Source: Blepharisma stoltei ATCC 30299
Taxonomy: Eukaryota; Protista; Ciliophora
Direction of reading: 5' to 3'
DNA: 64,000 bases
Assembly (NCBI GenBank): GCA_965603825.1
Contig: CBFDEM010000045.1
Span: 62,001 to 126,000, forward strand
Below, piece after piece: positions 25,724 to 39,529 of this stretch (its first letter is position 1; each line of letters opens with the position of its first letter). The translations under genes were made by a program, and so were the position numbers. The notes beneath the pieces were generated by a model. It saw only the letters and a list, made by a program, of their open reading frames with translations, ran no database searches and was not told where the DNA came from.

Positions 25724-28700
25724 ATGCTTATCAAAATTTGCATTCTTTTTGGACTTGCTATAAGTCAATTTACAATTGTGCCAATTATATACAGCAAAAA
25801 TACATCTCCTTTACTGGTTGCATATTTCAAGAGCTTAGAATGCTCATCTGAAAACAAAGGTGGCTGCAAATTAAATTTACCATTCCGGTTCACTCTATAT
25901 GAGATTAGTGATCTATCAGATATTGAAAAAATCTTTGAATACTCAGAATTTCTGCTTATTTATGATGCAGTTTCATCATTAGGGATGTCATCACTAATAA
26001 ACACGTATGCAAGAAGTTTAGGATTCCTTCAAGTCATTATTGGCTACCCTTTAGGCATAACACTGCAGCATGCGTTTTATTCCGATTATCAGCTAAGTGA
26101 GTATGCAAACGCAGCATTATACATAGCTAAGTCTTATAATATAAAAAAGGCTATAGCACTTATTAGCAGTGAATTTGCTGAAATGAATTTTAAGAACAAT
26201 AAAGGCATAGAAATAGTCGGACAGTTTATACTCCCTCAAACCGCGACTTTTGATTATATTTTTTGACTAATTTCAAAAAAAATAAAGCCATTAGGTGTTA
26301 AATGATTTTTCTTTAAAACAAACAAAGCGATTTCTTTATTAATTCAACAAGCCTTAATTAAAGCTGATATGAACAAAATTGGCTTTACGTACGTGTATAT
26401 ACAAGAAGCAGCTTGAGGAGCTCATTTAGAAGGGTCGATTCTATTAGAGTCAAAATGATTTCACAGCACTGGTATGTTTAATTATGTTGATAATATTATG
26501 CATTTTGGCTCTGTAGTCATTTATAGTACCATAATGAATAATCAAAACCAAGGATCATATTCAGGATGAATTGTTGATAGTCTTATAAAGGTGTTCAGCA
26601 ACCCTGCAACATTGGGGTATACTATTTGAAATGTCCAAAATGGAAATGTTAAAGCAGTCGGAATAATAAATCAAAAAGGAGTCCAAATATCGTCGCCTAT
26701 ATTATTTCCTGGAGGAATTTATGACATACCAAATAATAACAAAATAAAGATACCTATAAGTATCAGCGGAATCGCCTATAAAGATAATGAAATTAATTGG
26801 ATAAGCCAATTAGGAATTATATTAGCTATAGATAGAATAAGAGCAGAAGGGAAATTATTACAAAATTTTGATATTCAGGTTAATAATACAACCGATTGCA
26901 GCTATATTGATGATAATTCAACTTATAAATGCTTATCAGAACACTTAGATGACTTAGGATGCTTTCATATTCCCAGGTTAGAAACATCGGCAGTCCTTGA
27001 AACAATAAAAGTTTTTAAAGAGAATAATATTTCGACACCAATTATAGGAGTACAAACATCGACCATAATGAGTAACTCTGAGTATTATCCACAATATGCA
27101 AGAGTTTCATATCCAAATTCACGCACAGCATCAGCAGCTGCGCTTATTTTAAGTGTTTTTGGTATTTCTAAATGCTCTTTATTATATTCAGATTCTCAAT
27201 GAGGCGAAGACTTCAGTAGAGAATTCAAAAATCAGACTGATTATTATGGAATAAAAATTTTAAACAAAAACAGAATAGTTCCACTAGGATTTAAAAGCAG
27301 GGATAAAAAAATAATACAAGAAATTATTGATCTTAAAACTAGATATGTAATTCTGGAAGTGCAATGGCCTGATATTTTATATGTAGTCGAAGCGTTTTAT
27401 GATTTAGGTATGCGAGAGGGCGATATTTATTTGCTTGTTGGTGATGGAATGATAAGTGTATCTGATTTGGATGAAAAGTTAATTGGAAGTATTTCATACA
27501 CAAAAAGGAAAGAAATTATGAGCGGGCTTATCTATATAAGCTTCTTAGCATTCGAAAACCAATTAGGCCTTGAACTGAAAAATAAAATAGAATTAGAGCA
27601 CGGTTTCATCTATGACTATATGTGCTTATTTTATGATGCTGTGCATGTCGGAATTCATACAATCGATGCGTTAATAAATTGAGGAATTAATTATGATAGT
27701 TCTGCAATTCAAAAGTCAGTTAGGGAAGTAGTTTTTACAGGATGCTCAGGAGTAATTAGGCTTAACAAAGATGGAAATGATAAACTTACAGCTATTTTAG
27801 GGATTTATAACTTATTACAGGATAATTCTACCTGAATAATGAATCTTTCTGGGATTTATGATCCAAGTCAACTTATTGTGCTTCAAATAAGGCATCCTCT
27901 TTCATGAAATGAAAATGGTGATGTTCCCAGTGATATAATAGGAGATGACCAGAAATGTCCATTTAGAAATATTTTAGTTCAGTCATTTCTTTCTGGATAT
28001 TTTATATTGATAATAATAGAAATCATCCCGATAATAATTGGGACTATTTTCGCAATAAAATTTTACAATAGTATATTTTTGAAACAATATTCAAATCTAA
28101 TTACAGTAAAAAAGGAAAATTTATTTGATATTATTTCTTATTTGATCATTTTGATTGAATGTTTACAATATATGCAAGTTGGGCCTGATTTCCAAAGCTT
28201 TTTTCCTAAGTTAAATAATGTTACTAGGTTTACAACTCTTGATATAAGAGGGTTCTTTCAAAAAGGATCAATAACATTTTGAAATTTGATTGAGTTTTAT
28301 GAAGCTTTAGCATTTGCATGATTTTTATTATTTTTTTGGAAATTATTAAAATTAGGAAAAAAATCGGATAATTTTTTTTTAATGACTATAAATGAGCTTA
28401 GCATCTATTTTTTGCCAATTGTGGGTGAAATATTGTTTTTACCTCTCAACTTGTATTTATTTGAAACTTTTCAATGCACCAGTAGCATTGGAGATAGCTT
28501 TAAAGATAGTTTCAATAATCAAGACTGCTCAACATTTTGCTGGCAAGGAGAGCATATGTATTATGTGATTATTTCTTGATTAGCCATTATTGTTTACATG
28601 CCTACAAGTGTATATTTTAGATTTACATGGAAAAATGAGCTGCCATTTCATTTTCAGGAACAGCCTTTTCATTGTTTTTTAAAAAGCATTGTGCAAATAT

Positions 28701-29278
28701 CTTTGGTTGCTCTGGTTACAATATTAAATCCAGCCTCTGAAAATATTTTTTTAGGATCATGCATTGGTTCATTACTGCTATACTTAATAGTTTCAATAAT
28801 AAAAAAGCCATTAACTTATGGCAGGGCTTCTCTATGATACATAATTTTTATTGCTTGCAGTCTTTGGTTATGATGCTGCTGCGGATTAGCAAAGATAAAT
28901 AAAATGCTTGGAATAATTGCTCTCATAATTGGCTGAATATTATTAGCAATAATTGGAGCAATTTATCAAAAATATAAGTTACCTGCTTTATTGAAATCTG
29001 AAAAAGGTATAGATATTATTAAGCTCTTTAGGTTCCAGTTTCTATCAATTAGTCCTGAAACAGCTGGAATTGCTAAGACTTCTTCGATTAAATATCTTTA
29101 TGATAATGAATTATCTCAAATTAAACATATAAAAAACAATGTTCAGAAACCAATAAATAGTATTTTCTCAGAAGAAGACAATCTAAGATCAAGTATTCAG
29201 TTTTTAAATATCAGTCATGAATATTTAGAAGGCGAAGTTAACTCGAGTTGGTGCGGAAATGATATAACTCGTAAATAA
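25724..29278 (+). CDS. Receptor paralog R5, 1184 aa, inverted relative to the rest of the array
   Basis: Translated codon by codon: no TAA/TAG before 29276-29278, and 16 in-frame TGA. An alternative in-frame ATG lies at 25682. Confidence 0.93.
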
Positions 29279-30293
29279 TTTTTTATTTATTTAGCATCAA
29301 TAATTTAGAATATCTATTAATTCCAATTTAAATTAATTACTACTATTTAATGTGTCGTTTTTTCCATAGCACAGAAACTTTTCAACTTCAGCTCGGAGAA
29401 TCATGGGTATTACTTGCCACCTTTTTATTTCGTGAAGAAAATATAAAACTTCTGTATCTAGAAAGCCTCATGAAATTCGTTGAGATTTCTGGTCACCTTA
29501 TGACTTATAGAAGTTTAGGATACCTCACTGATAAAAATGGCGAGGTAGGAATGGACTCGATATCACGAGTTAGAATTTAAAGAATCGACTCTGCTTATAA
29601 CATCGCGGAAGTTTACGAATTATAATAATATTATCGCACTAACTTGAGTTAACTTGGAGCTCCATATTGTTATGGCTGATTCCAAAAACTGAATGCTTAG
29701 CTTAAATTGTCTTCTTCAGATGAAATTTTTTTTGGTGGTATTGGAAAATTGCTTTTATAGGTTTAATTTGAGATTATTCATTATGAGAGAATAATTTTAA
29801 TTGAAGAAATCTTACTCTAAATTACTGAAAAGTATAAGATTCGAAGGTAATTTTGGGTGTTCAAGGTGAATTATTATTAGAATGTAAGGCTAGCAGTTCA
29901 GCATAGGAATTGAAGCATAAATAGGTAACAATCCTTTTTTCAATAAAAGCAGACAAGCTATTTTTTGATAAATTGCTCGCATAATTTCTTATACACTCAG
30001 TTAATTATGAGATAAGCTAATCCGTGCAATTTATTTAAATTTCAAATCCAAAATCACAGCCATTGATAGCAAGTAATCAAATTATATATCACAGGTAAGC
30101 CTGGCCATAAATTAATAGCCTTTTATACTATATGCATTATTGCTAATAGGAGATAATTATAGATAAATGATCGCCTTTGAAAAAAAGTTATTCATATTAA
30201 TGACAAAATGCATATAGAGTAGAAGTTATTAAAGGCTTTATCAAAAAATACTATATTAAAATTAATATAAATACCCCTATAAAACTATAAAAA

Positions 30294-33200
30294 TTATATA
30301 GTTTTCTCATTTCAGTATCTATTATCAAGAAATTCAAATTTCAAACAGGTTGTGTCTATAACTTGGCTTATCGCTGGGTATATGCCTTTGGAAATGCTGC
30401 TTTCTGATCAATTTGAATTATTTTCATTGGCTTCGTCCTCATTAGTAAGATGTATACTTAATTCTGAATTTTCTTTATTTTCTCCATCTATTTCCTCTTT
30501 ATTTAATTCTTTTTCTTTATCAATAAATTGGATGCTTTCTTTATTTTTTTCATATGATTCCTCTAATTTTACTTGTATTTCCTCAGAATTTCCATATCAT
30601 TTTCATTCGTCAGATTTTGCTAATTGTTTATTTTCTGATTCACTATTTTCTGATACGTTTATTTTGTTAACTATAATCTCTTCTTCTTTTTGGCATAGAT
30701 CTTGTTTTGAATATGCATATTTAAATAAATTAGTAATCCCAGAATCTTCTATTCTGCTTGATGTTAATTGAAATCTAAACAAATGGTAAATATCTATGCC
30801 TCTTTCAGAAATTAAAAGAGATGGAAGTCGCATTTTTTGATAAAAAATTCCAAATATGATAAGCAATGTCCACCCTACAACTAGCACAGCCAACGCAGCA
30901 ATTTTATCACCTTTTGAGATTCCACAACAAATTCAAAACAAAAGACTAAAAGACAAAAAAATGATATATCACATTGAAGCCCTTTCATAATTAAATGGCT
31001 TCTTATATATAGTGATTACTACATATATAAAAAATAACCCAATGCATAACCCAATAAAAATAATCTCTGAAGCTGGCAAAACGATAGTGTGAAGGATGAT
31101 AAAAACCATTTGTATATAGCTTTTGAGAACAAAGTGAAAGGGCTGCTCTTGAAAATGAAAAGATAAGTCATTTTTCCACAAAGGCCGACAGTAAATACTT
31201 GTAGGCATGTAAAGGCAAATTGCTATAGAAGAAATAACAACATAGTAAATATGCTCTCCCTGCCAGCAAAAAGTTGAACAAATTCTGTCATGAAAGCTAT
31301 TGTAAAAACTATCCCCAATGCTGCTTGTGCATTGAAAAGTTTGAAATAAATTCAAACAAATAGGCAGAAACAGCGAATCTCCAATAAAAGGTAAAAAATA
31401 TAAATTAGATTCGTTTACCCCTAAAATAAAGCAGCTTTTCGAGTTTTCTCCTATTTTTCTTTTTTTCCATAAAAATAAAATAAATCAGACAATTGCGATT
31501 ATTTCGAAAAATTGTGCTTGGTTTCAAAAATTAAAATAATTTTTTTTATTCCAGCCGGTTATATTAAAAATCACTAATTTTGTAATATCTGTTAATTCGG
31601 GTAGAAAATTATTGATATCCTTTCCTGTGTGCATATATTGAAAACACTCAATAAGCATAAGAACATAAGAAAGAGAGTCAAGGAAATTTTCTTTTTCTAC
31701 TGTAATAAGTTTTTCAATAGAAGAATTCATAATAAAATTGTAAAATTTAATCACAAAAATAGTCCCAATAATTATAGGAATAATTTCAACAACTATTAAA
31801 ATGATATAGCCATTTAAAAATGATCGAACTTGTCTTTCCTTAAATGGGCATTTTTGGTCATCTCCTATGATTTCACTTGGAACCTTAATAGAATTTGAAA
31901 AACTCTGCTTAAGCTGTAGCACAATAAGTTGGCTTGGATCATAAAGTCCTTGAAGATTTAATTTTCATTCATAATTTACTTGCGATAAAGCATACATTCC
32001 CAGGACTGTTGTAAGTCTACTATTTCCGTCTTGTGTAATTTGAACTAATCCTGAGCAGCCTGTGAATTTTATATCTCTTATAGTTTGTTGTATTGATGAG
32101 CTATCTACATTGATTCCTCTAGTTATCAAAGAGTTTATTGCATAAATCCCAAGATAAGTCGCATCGTAAAATAAACACATATTATCATATGCAAAACCAT
32201 ATTGGGATAAAAAATTATTTTTAATGCCAAGCCCAATCTGGTTTTGGAAAGTTGGGTAGGTAAAATAAAGCAGTCTACTCATAATTTCTTTTCTTTTTAT
32301 ATAAGAATCTGTGCCTATTCTTTTTTCGTCCAAGTCAGAAACACTTATAGAACCATCACCAATAATCAAATTAAGATCGCCCTCCCTCATTCCTAAGTCA
32401 TAAAATGCTTCAATTACATACAAAATATCTGGTCACTGGATTTCTAAAATCACAAATCTCGTTTTTAAGTCAACAATTTCTTGTATTGCTCTTTTATCAG
32501 TCCCATTAAAGCCTAATGGAACTGCCCTTATTTTATTCAAAATTTGTATTCCATATGACTCTGTTTGATTTTCAAATTGTTCGCTGAATTCTTTCCCTCA
32601 TATTGAATCTGAATATAACAAAGAGCATTTAGATATGCTAAAAATACTTAAAATTAAAGCAGCAGCTGAAGATGTAATTGAATTTGGATAGGAGACTCTT
32701 GTATATTGAGGATAATAGTCAAGACTATTCATTATTGTTGATGTTTCTACTCCTATAATTGGGGTGGTAATATTGAGGGATTGGAAAGTTTCTATTGTGG
32801 ATAAGGATACTGAAGAATCTGCCGGTGGAATATGAAAATAGCCTAGATCTTCTGTGTAATTTTTAAAGCAATCATAAGTCGAATTATCACTAAAAAAACA
32901 ATCAGTGATATTATTAAACGATATATTAAAATTTGGCAATAATTTTCCCTCATTTTTTATTGTTTCTAAGGCAAAAGTTGCACCTAATTGATTCACAGCA
33001 TTAATTCTTTCAGAATTCATCCCATTTATACTTATAGGAATTTTTATTTTTTCGTTATTCGGGACTTTAAAGGTTTCTCCAGGAAACATTATTGGTGCAA
33101 AAATTTGTATACCTCCTCCGTGGACTGTCCCAACTGGAGTCAAGGTTCCTTCGCTTTGGATATTTCAAACTGTGTATCCTATTCTGTCCAAGGTAAATGT

Positions 33201-34073
33201 CTCCTGTGCAAAAGTATTTAAAGCATATGCTGAGTAAGATCCTTGGTTATCGTTATTTGCTATCATCTCATATAGAAGAACAGAGGTTCAATATATAATT
33301 TTTTCAATATAATCGTAAAAATTATAGCTATGGTATCATTTTGCTTCTAGTAAAATTGAGCCTTTTAGATAAGCACTTCAAGTAGCTTCTTGCATATAAA
33401 TATATGTGTATCCTTCTTTGTCCATATCAGCTTGAACTAATGCTTCTTGGATTAATTTAGAAGTCTTTGAATTTGTTTCGAAGAAAAATCATTTAATGCC
33501 TAAAGGCTTGATTTCTTTTGATATAAGGGAAAATATGTATTCGTAAGGAGCTGATTCAGGAATTGTGTATTGAGCGACAATTTCGACCCCTTTATCATTA
33601 TTAAAATCCATTTCGATAAAATCACTAGTAATAATAGCAATTGCTTTTTTAATTCCATAAATTTTGGCAAAATCAATTGCTAAATCTCTATATACACTAA
33701 AACGAAAATCTGAATAAATTACGTAGGGTAAAGCGTTTTCTGGTGCATTTCCATAAATAAAATGTATAAATCCATATTCCATTGCATATTGACTTACCAA
33801 CGTGTACATGCTTAGAGAAAAAGTTCCATCAAAAACAAATAAATAATCTGAATTTGCAAAAGTTATCTCTAAGTCATAAACATCAAATATCTCTACAGCT
33901 TCATACTGATATGGCAAATTTAAGTTGCAGCCTACCCTACTATTTATTGAGCAGTCTAAAGTATTCACAAAATAATCAACCAGCAAAGGATCAGTATATC
34001 TGCTATATAAAATTGGTATTGTAAAAATTTGGCTTGAGGTGAAGCCCAGAAAAAACCAAAAATAGGTTATCAT
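30294..34073 (-). CDS. Receptor paralog R6, 1259 aa, closest to R4
   Basis: Six track ORFs in one frame; constant 12,378-bp offset from R4; TAA at 30294-30296. Confidence 0.9.
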
Positions 34074-34947
34074 CTATCAATAATATTTAATAAATTTAAT
34101 TAATTATCTATAAGGATAGTTTTATTATGCTTTCTCTTATATTTTAAAATGTAAAATATTTATAGCTTTTATTGAAAATTATTATTAAAAAGAAAATAAT
34201 AAGAATTCTTTTGAGAGCTCTAGCCTATGGAAATAAAAAATAGTTTTTGCTGGCAAAATTGATAATTTATCATTTTTGCACTTTAGTAAAGTTGCCTATA
34301 ATAGGCAAGCATCTCAAAATTAGAAAATATGCAAATTAAGAATTAAAATTTTTATAACTTTTTTCAATAAAAATATTTTTCAATAAAATAAAATTCTAGA
34401 AATAACAACTTATAATCTAATCAAGCTTAAAGCCTAAAATTTTATAAATTTAATCATGCTTAGTTGCAGCTGTAAATTTTAAGCCTACTGATCCAGTTGC
34501 AGTTATTATCTCTAACAGTAGCTAGGTCTATTACTTCTAACTATTGTTGTAAAAAACTATTTGGTCTTAAAACTTAATATGTTAAATATTGATTTTTACA
34601 AATTAGAAGTAAAGTTTCTTAGCACTATAAGTATAAGAGAGTTTTATGATTTAAGTTCTTTATCATAGAAAGCTTAAATGATTACAGTCTAAAGAAAATA
34701 TTCTCAATAAAAAACAAGTTCAGTTAAAGTATACATTTATTATTTTATAATATAAAAATATATTCTTTTATTATCTCCAATTTTAAATCATATTGCTCTG
34801 TTCGACTGCAAAAACTTATATAAGCTAATATTTCACAGAAATACAAGCCTGCTTTATGATTAAATATATTTCTGAAGGCTCCAATATTTATCGAAAAAAT
34901 TATTAATAGAAAATCAATACTTCTAAAGCCTACCAGGAATACTTATA

Positions 34948-37900
34948 TTAAGTCTCGATTTCGAAGAGCTGAGCACTTGATTTAACGTTATCCTCTTCTG
35001 GTATATAACTTTTAGTGGATTTTAATAATTGCAGAGTTTTTGCTTCACTGGATTGTGGAGCATCATTTTCTATGTAAACATATCTAAGCGGCTTCGTCTT
35101 AATAATGCCTGCCATTTCTGGGCTACTTGATGAGAGTTGAAACCTAAAAAGTCCAACAATATTTATAGCTTTTTCTGCTTCTAATAGACAAGGGAGTCTC
35201 AGTTTTTGATAAACAGCTCCAAACATAGTTAATATAATTAGTCCAATAGCCAGTAAAATTAAAGCTGTGAGTTTATCATCAAGCTTTGATATTGCGCAGC
35301 AGCACCAAAATAGTAAAGCCGAAGCTATGAAAATTATATATCATAATGAAGCTCTATCATAATTCAATGGTTTAGTTATTGCTGAAATAATTAAATATAT
35401 CAGCAGCAAACCAATGCATAGCCCTGAGAAAGCATTTTTAGAAGCAGGGCTTACTATTGTAGCAAAAATTATAAAAATAATTTGTACAGTGCTTTTTAGA
35501 GCTAGATGAAAAGGATGCTCTTGAAAGTGAAACGGTAAATCACTTTTTCAGGTAAATCTATAATATAAACTTGTAGGGATATATACAGATAATGCGAGTG
35601 AAGAAATAATTACATAATTGATATGATCTCCTTGCCAGCAAAATGTTGAGCAGTAATGGTCATTGAAGCTGTCTTTAAAATTATCTCCAATACTACTAGT
35701 GCACTGGAAAGTTTGAAATAAATACAAATTGATGGGTAAAAAGAGAATTTCTCCTATGATAGGCATAATATACAAGCTAAATTCATTGACTGTAGACAAT
35801 ATAAAATTTTTCTGATTGTTTAAATTTTTTATTAAAAATAGTAAAATTCAAGCAAATACTAACGCTTCATAAAGCTGCACTTGATTTCAAAAAGTGAATA
35901 ACCCATTTTTAAAAATTCCTCTTATATCAAAAAATACTAATTTGGTACCATTTGATCACCTAGGGAAAAAATCTTTAAAATCCGGACACATTTGAGTGTA
36001 TTGTAAATTTTCTATTAAAAACATGAAATACGAAAAAATATCAAGAACATTTTCCTTTTGAGCGGTAATGAGTTTTGGGTATTTTTGTTTAAAAATTATA
36101 TTATAAAACTTCATGGCAAAAAAAGTTCCAAAAATTATTGGAATAATTTCGATTATTATCAAAATAATATACCCATAGCGAAAAGATTGCACAAGAATGT
36201 CTCTGAATGGGCATTCTTGGCCATCTCCTATTATATCACTAGGAACTCCACCGTTATCACTTCAAGAAATTGATTGTTTAATTTGAAGCACAATAAGCTG
36301 GCTTGGATCATACTCTCCACAAAGATTCATAGTCCAGGTTGAATTAATTTCTATTAAGTTATAAATCCCTAAAATTGTTGTAATCCTATCATTGCCTTCT
36401 TGGCTAATTCGTACAACACCAGAGCATCCAGTAAAAGCAATTTCTCTGACTGTATCTTGGATTGAAGAGCTATTTAAATTAACTCCTCAGTTCATTAATG
36501 TATTTATGGCTTTTAGACCAAGATATGCTGCATCATAATATAAGCACATATAATCATTTATGTAACCGTATTTAGATAAAAATTCGCTTTTTAAATTAAA
36601 TCCAAATTGATTTTGGAACGATATGAAACTTATGTAGATAAGCCCACTCATAATTTCTTTTCTTTTGGTATAAGAATTTTTTCCAATTAATTTTTCATTC
36701 AAATCAGAAGTACTTATCATTCCATCGCCGACAATTAAATAGATGTCGCCTTTTCTCATTCCTAAGTCATAAAATGCTTCAATTATATAAAATATGTCTG
36801 GTTTGTGTACTTCAAGGATAACAAATCTGGTTTTTAGGTCAATGATTTCTTGGATTATTTTTGTGTCACTTCCGTTAAATCCTAAGGGAACTACTCTCTT
36901 TTTATTTAAAATTGATATTTCATAGGAGTCGCTCTGGTTTTCGAATTCCTTGTTAAAATCTTCTCCTCACTGTGAGTCTGTATATAGCACAGAACATTTA
37001 GAAATCCCAAAAACACTTAAAATTAAAGCAGCAGCTGATGCTGTGCGTGAATTTGGATATGAGACTCTCGCATACTGAGGATAATACTCCAAACTACTCA
37101 TTATAGTTGACGTTTCTACTCCTAAAACTGGAGTCAATATACTATTTTCTTTAAAAAACTTCATCGTATCAAGCACCAATTGGCTTTCAGTCGCAGAAAT
37201 ATAGAAATACCCTAAATCATCTATATAAGTAAAATTTTCATTAAATTCAAAACCAGTGACATTGTTAACTACAATTTCAAAATTTGATAAAAAAACATTC
37301 TCTGCCTTTATTGTATTAATTGCCAAATCAGCTCCTACTTGATTCACTGTATTTAATCCATCATTATCATAACTTGCTCCATTAATGCTTATCGGAATTT
37401 TAATTTTTTCAGAATTCGGATGGTCATATGTTCCTCCAGGAAATACCAAATCTGAATAAAGCTGAAACCCAGCCCCATTAATAATCCCAGCTTTTTTTAC
37501 AGTTCCATTTTTGACATTTCAGACTGTAAACCCCATAACTTCAGGTTTTAGTACATTGGCTAACAGCGTATTTAATATGTATCCTGAAAAGGATCCTTGA
37601 GCTCTGTTATTCGTGAATAAGCTGTATACATTATTTGCGGCAAAATGAATGAGGTTATATACGTAGTTCTTAAAATCAGTACTGTGTCAAGTTTTAGCTT
37701 CTAGTAATATAGAACCTTCTAAATAGGCACCTCATGCTGCTTCTTGTATATAGATGTATGTATAGCCTTCTTTATTCATGTCAGCCTCAATTAATGCTTG
37801 TTGAATTAATTTAGAGATTTCTGGGTTTGTTTTTAAAAAAAATCATTTAATTCCTAAAGGTTTTATTTGTTTGGAAATTAATCAAAATATATAATCATAA

Positions 37901-38421
37901 GTGGCTGCTTGGGGTATAAATATTTGACTAACAATTTCAATTCCTTCATCATTATTAAAATCCATCTCAACAAAATCACTGGTAATAATAGCAATTGCTT
38001 TATCAATGCTATAATGTTTTGCAATAGATAATGCAGCTTTTGCATAGGAATCTAAAGAAAAATACGAATAAAACGCATATGATAAAGCATTTTCAGGAGG
38101 ATATCCTATTATACATTGAAGAAATCCTATTTTTCTAGCATACTCATTTATTATTGCAGATGTCCCTAATGAAGCCGTCGCATCTAAAATAATCACCACA
38201 TCTGAATTTATAAAAATTGCGTCTAAATCAGAATAATTTGAGATTTTATAGACCACGAAAATAAAATGTGAATCCGCCTTGCAGCCTGTATAATTTGCAC
38301 TTGGGCAGTCAAAAGCGCTCTTGAAATAGTCAACCAGTAAAGGGGAAGTACTTTCGCTATACAAAATTGGAACAGTCGACATTTGTCCAGCAGCGATTCC
38401 AATGAGTACTCATAATATCAT
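34948..38421 (-). CDS. Receptor paralog R7, 1157 aa
   Basis: ATG at 38421 (MILWVLIGIAAGQ, W=TGA). Six track ORFs in frame; TAA at 34948. Confidence 0.88.
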
Positions 38422-39529
38422 TGAAATTATAATTATAATTATCAATTTAATGAAAATTTTGATGGAAAATTTTTTAACTGAATTTTAGATAAGCTACATT
38501 TAAGCCATGGACGATTTTTGGTCTTTTTTTTAAATAATTAATTTGTTGAGAAATCCGAACATAAATATTTTTCACATTGAGGAATTAATCACAAATTAAA
38601 ATAAAGATTGTGAAGACGATGCTGTGCAAAAGCATCATAATGAATAAATAGCATTGAAAAATTATTTTTCTGCTTTATTTCTTAAATAATTACTAATTAT
38701 CATAAGACATAAAATATAGTTTGACTAATAAAATTCTCTCCAGATTTATGTAGATATGAGACTAAAGCTTTTATTGTTTATACCAGCTATTATATTGGAT
38801 TTCTGCTTTGAAAATTCGCCTTAAATAGTGATATTTTTAGTTCTTTTTATATTCTCTTTCCTCACTTCAATTCTCATTGCCGATGACTAAGGTATGATAA
38901 TTAGGACCTTCAGGAAGTTTTAGCTGCCTATGCTTGTTCAATACTTCCACACTTTATCCATATCAAAGCCTAGCCTCATTTTCAATTATCTAGATTACTC
39001 TACACTTCGTGCATACCTGCATGTCCTTCATTCATAAGGTATCAATTCAAGTAAGTCTGCTTATCACTTCTTAATGATTAATATACTGATTAAGCCTTCT
39101 AAATTGTAGCAGAGATTTTATGAGAGCAGATTATAATTTAATTAGCTTGAATATATGGAGCATCAACTTTTATCACAAAAAAAAAGTAAAAATTTATATA
39201 AAACCTTTAACTAATGATAATTATGACACTTCAAAAAAGATAATAAAGATTATAATTAACATAAAAAGTTAATTATAAAGCATACACTTTTGGTAAATAA
39301 TAAAATATCGTTATCAAAATCTATTTTTTATTTTATTAAATAAAAATTATGTTTTATCATCTGTTTCTTCAAAAATATACTAACAATAAAACAATTTTAA
39401 TACTTAAATGATAAATAAAAAGGCCTAATACAATATATATAAGTTTTATGTAAATCAAGCATAATCCATTCAATGAATCTTTATTATTGGATTAATCAAT
39501 TTTAATACTGACATATTATAACTTATGAA

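Noticed and set aside
25724-29278. Calling the receptors iGluRs, class C GPCRs or receptor guanylyl cyclases
   Set aside because: No SYTANL pore motif, no nine-Cys domain, about nine rather than seven helices, and no kinase or cyclase domain.
29350-29580. 76-aa ORF in a GC-richer patch after R5
   Set aside because: No recognisable motif on either strand; it may be an unidentified relic.
38800-39130. Purine-rich minus-strand stretch resembling retroelement composition
   Set aside because: Several stops and no diagnostic motif; cannot be assigned by eye.
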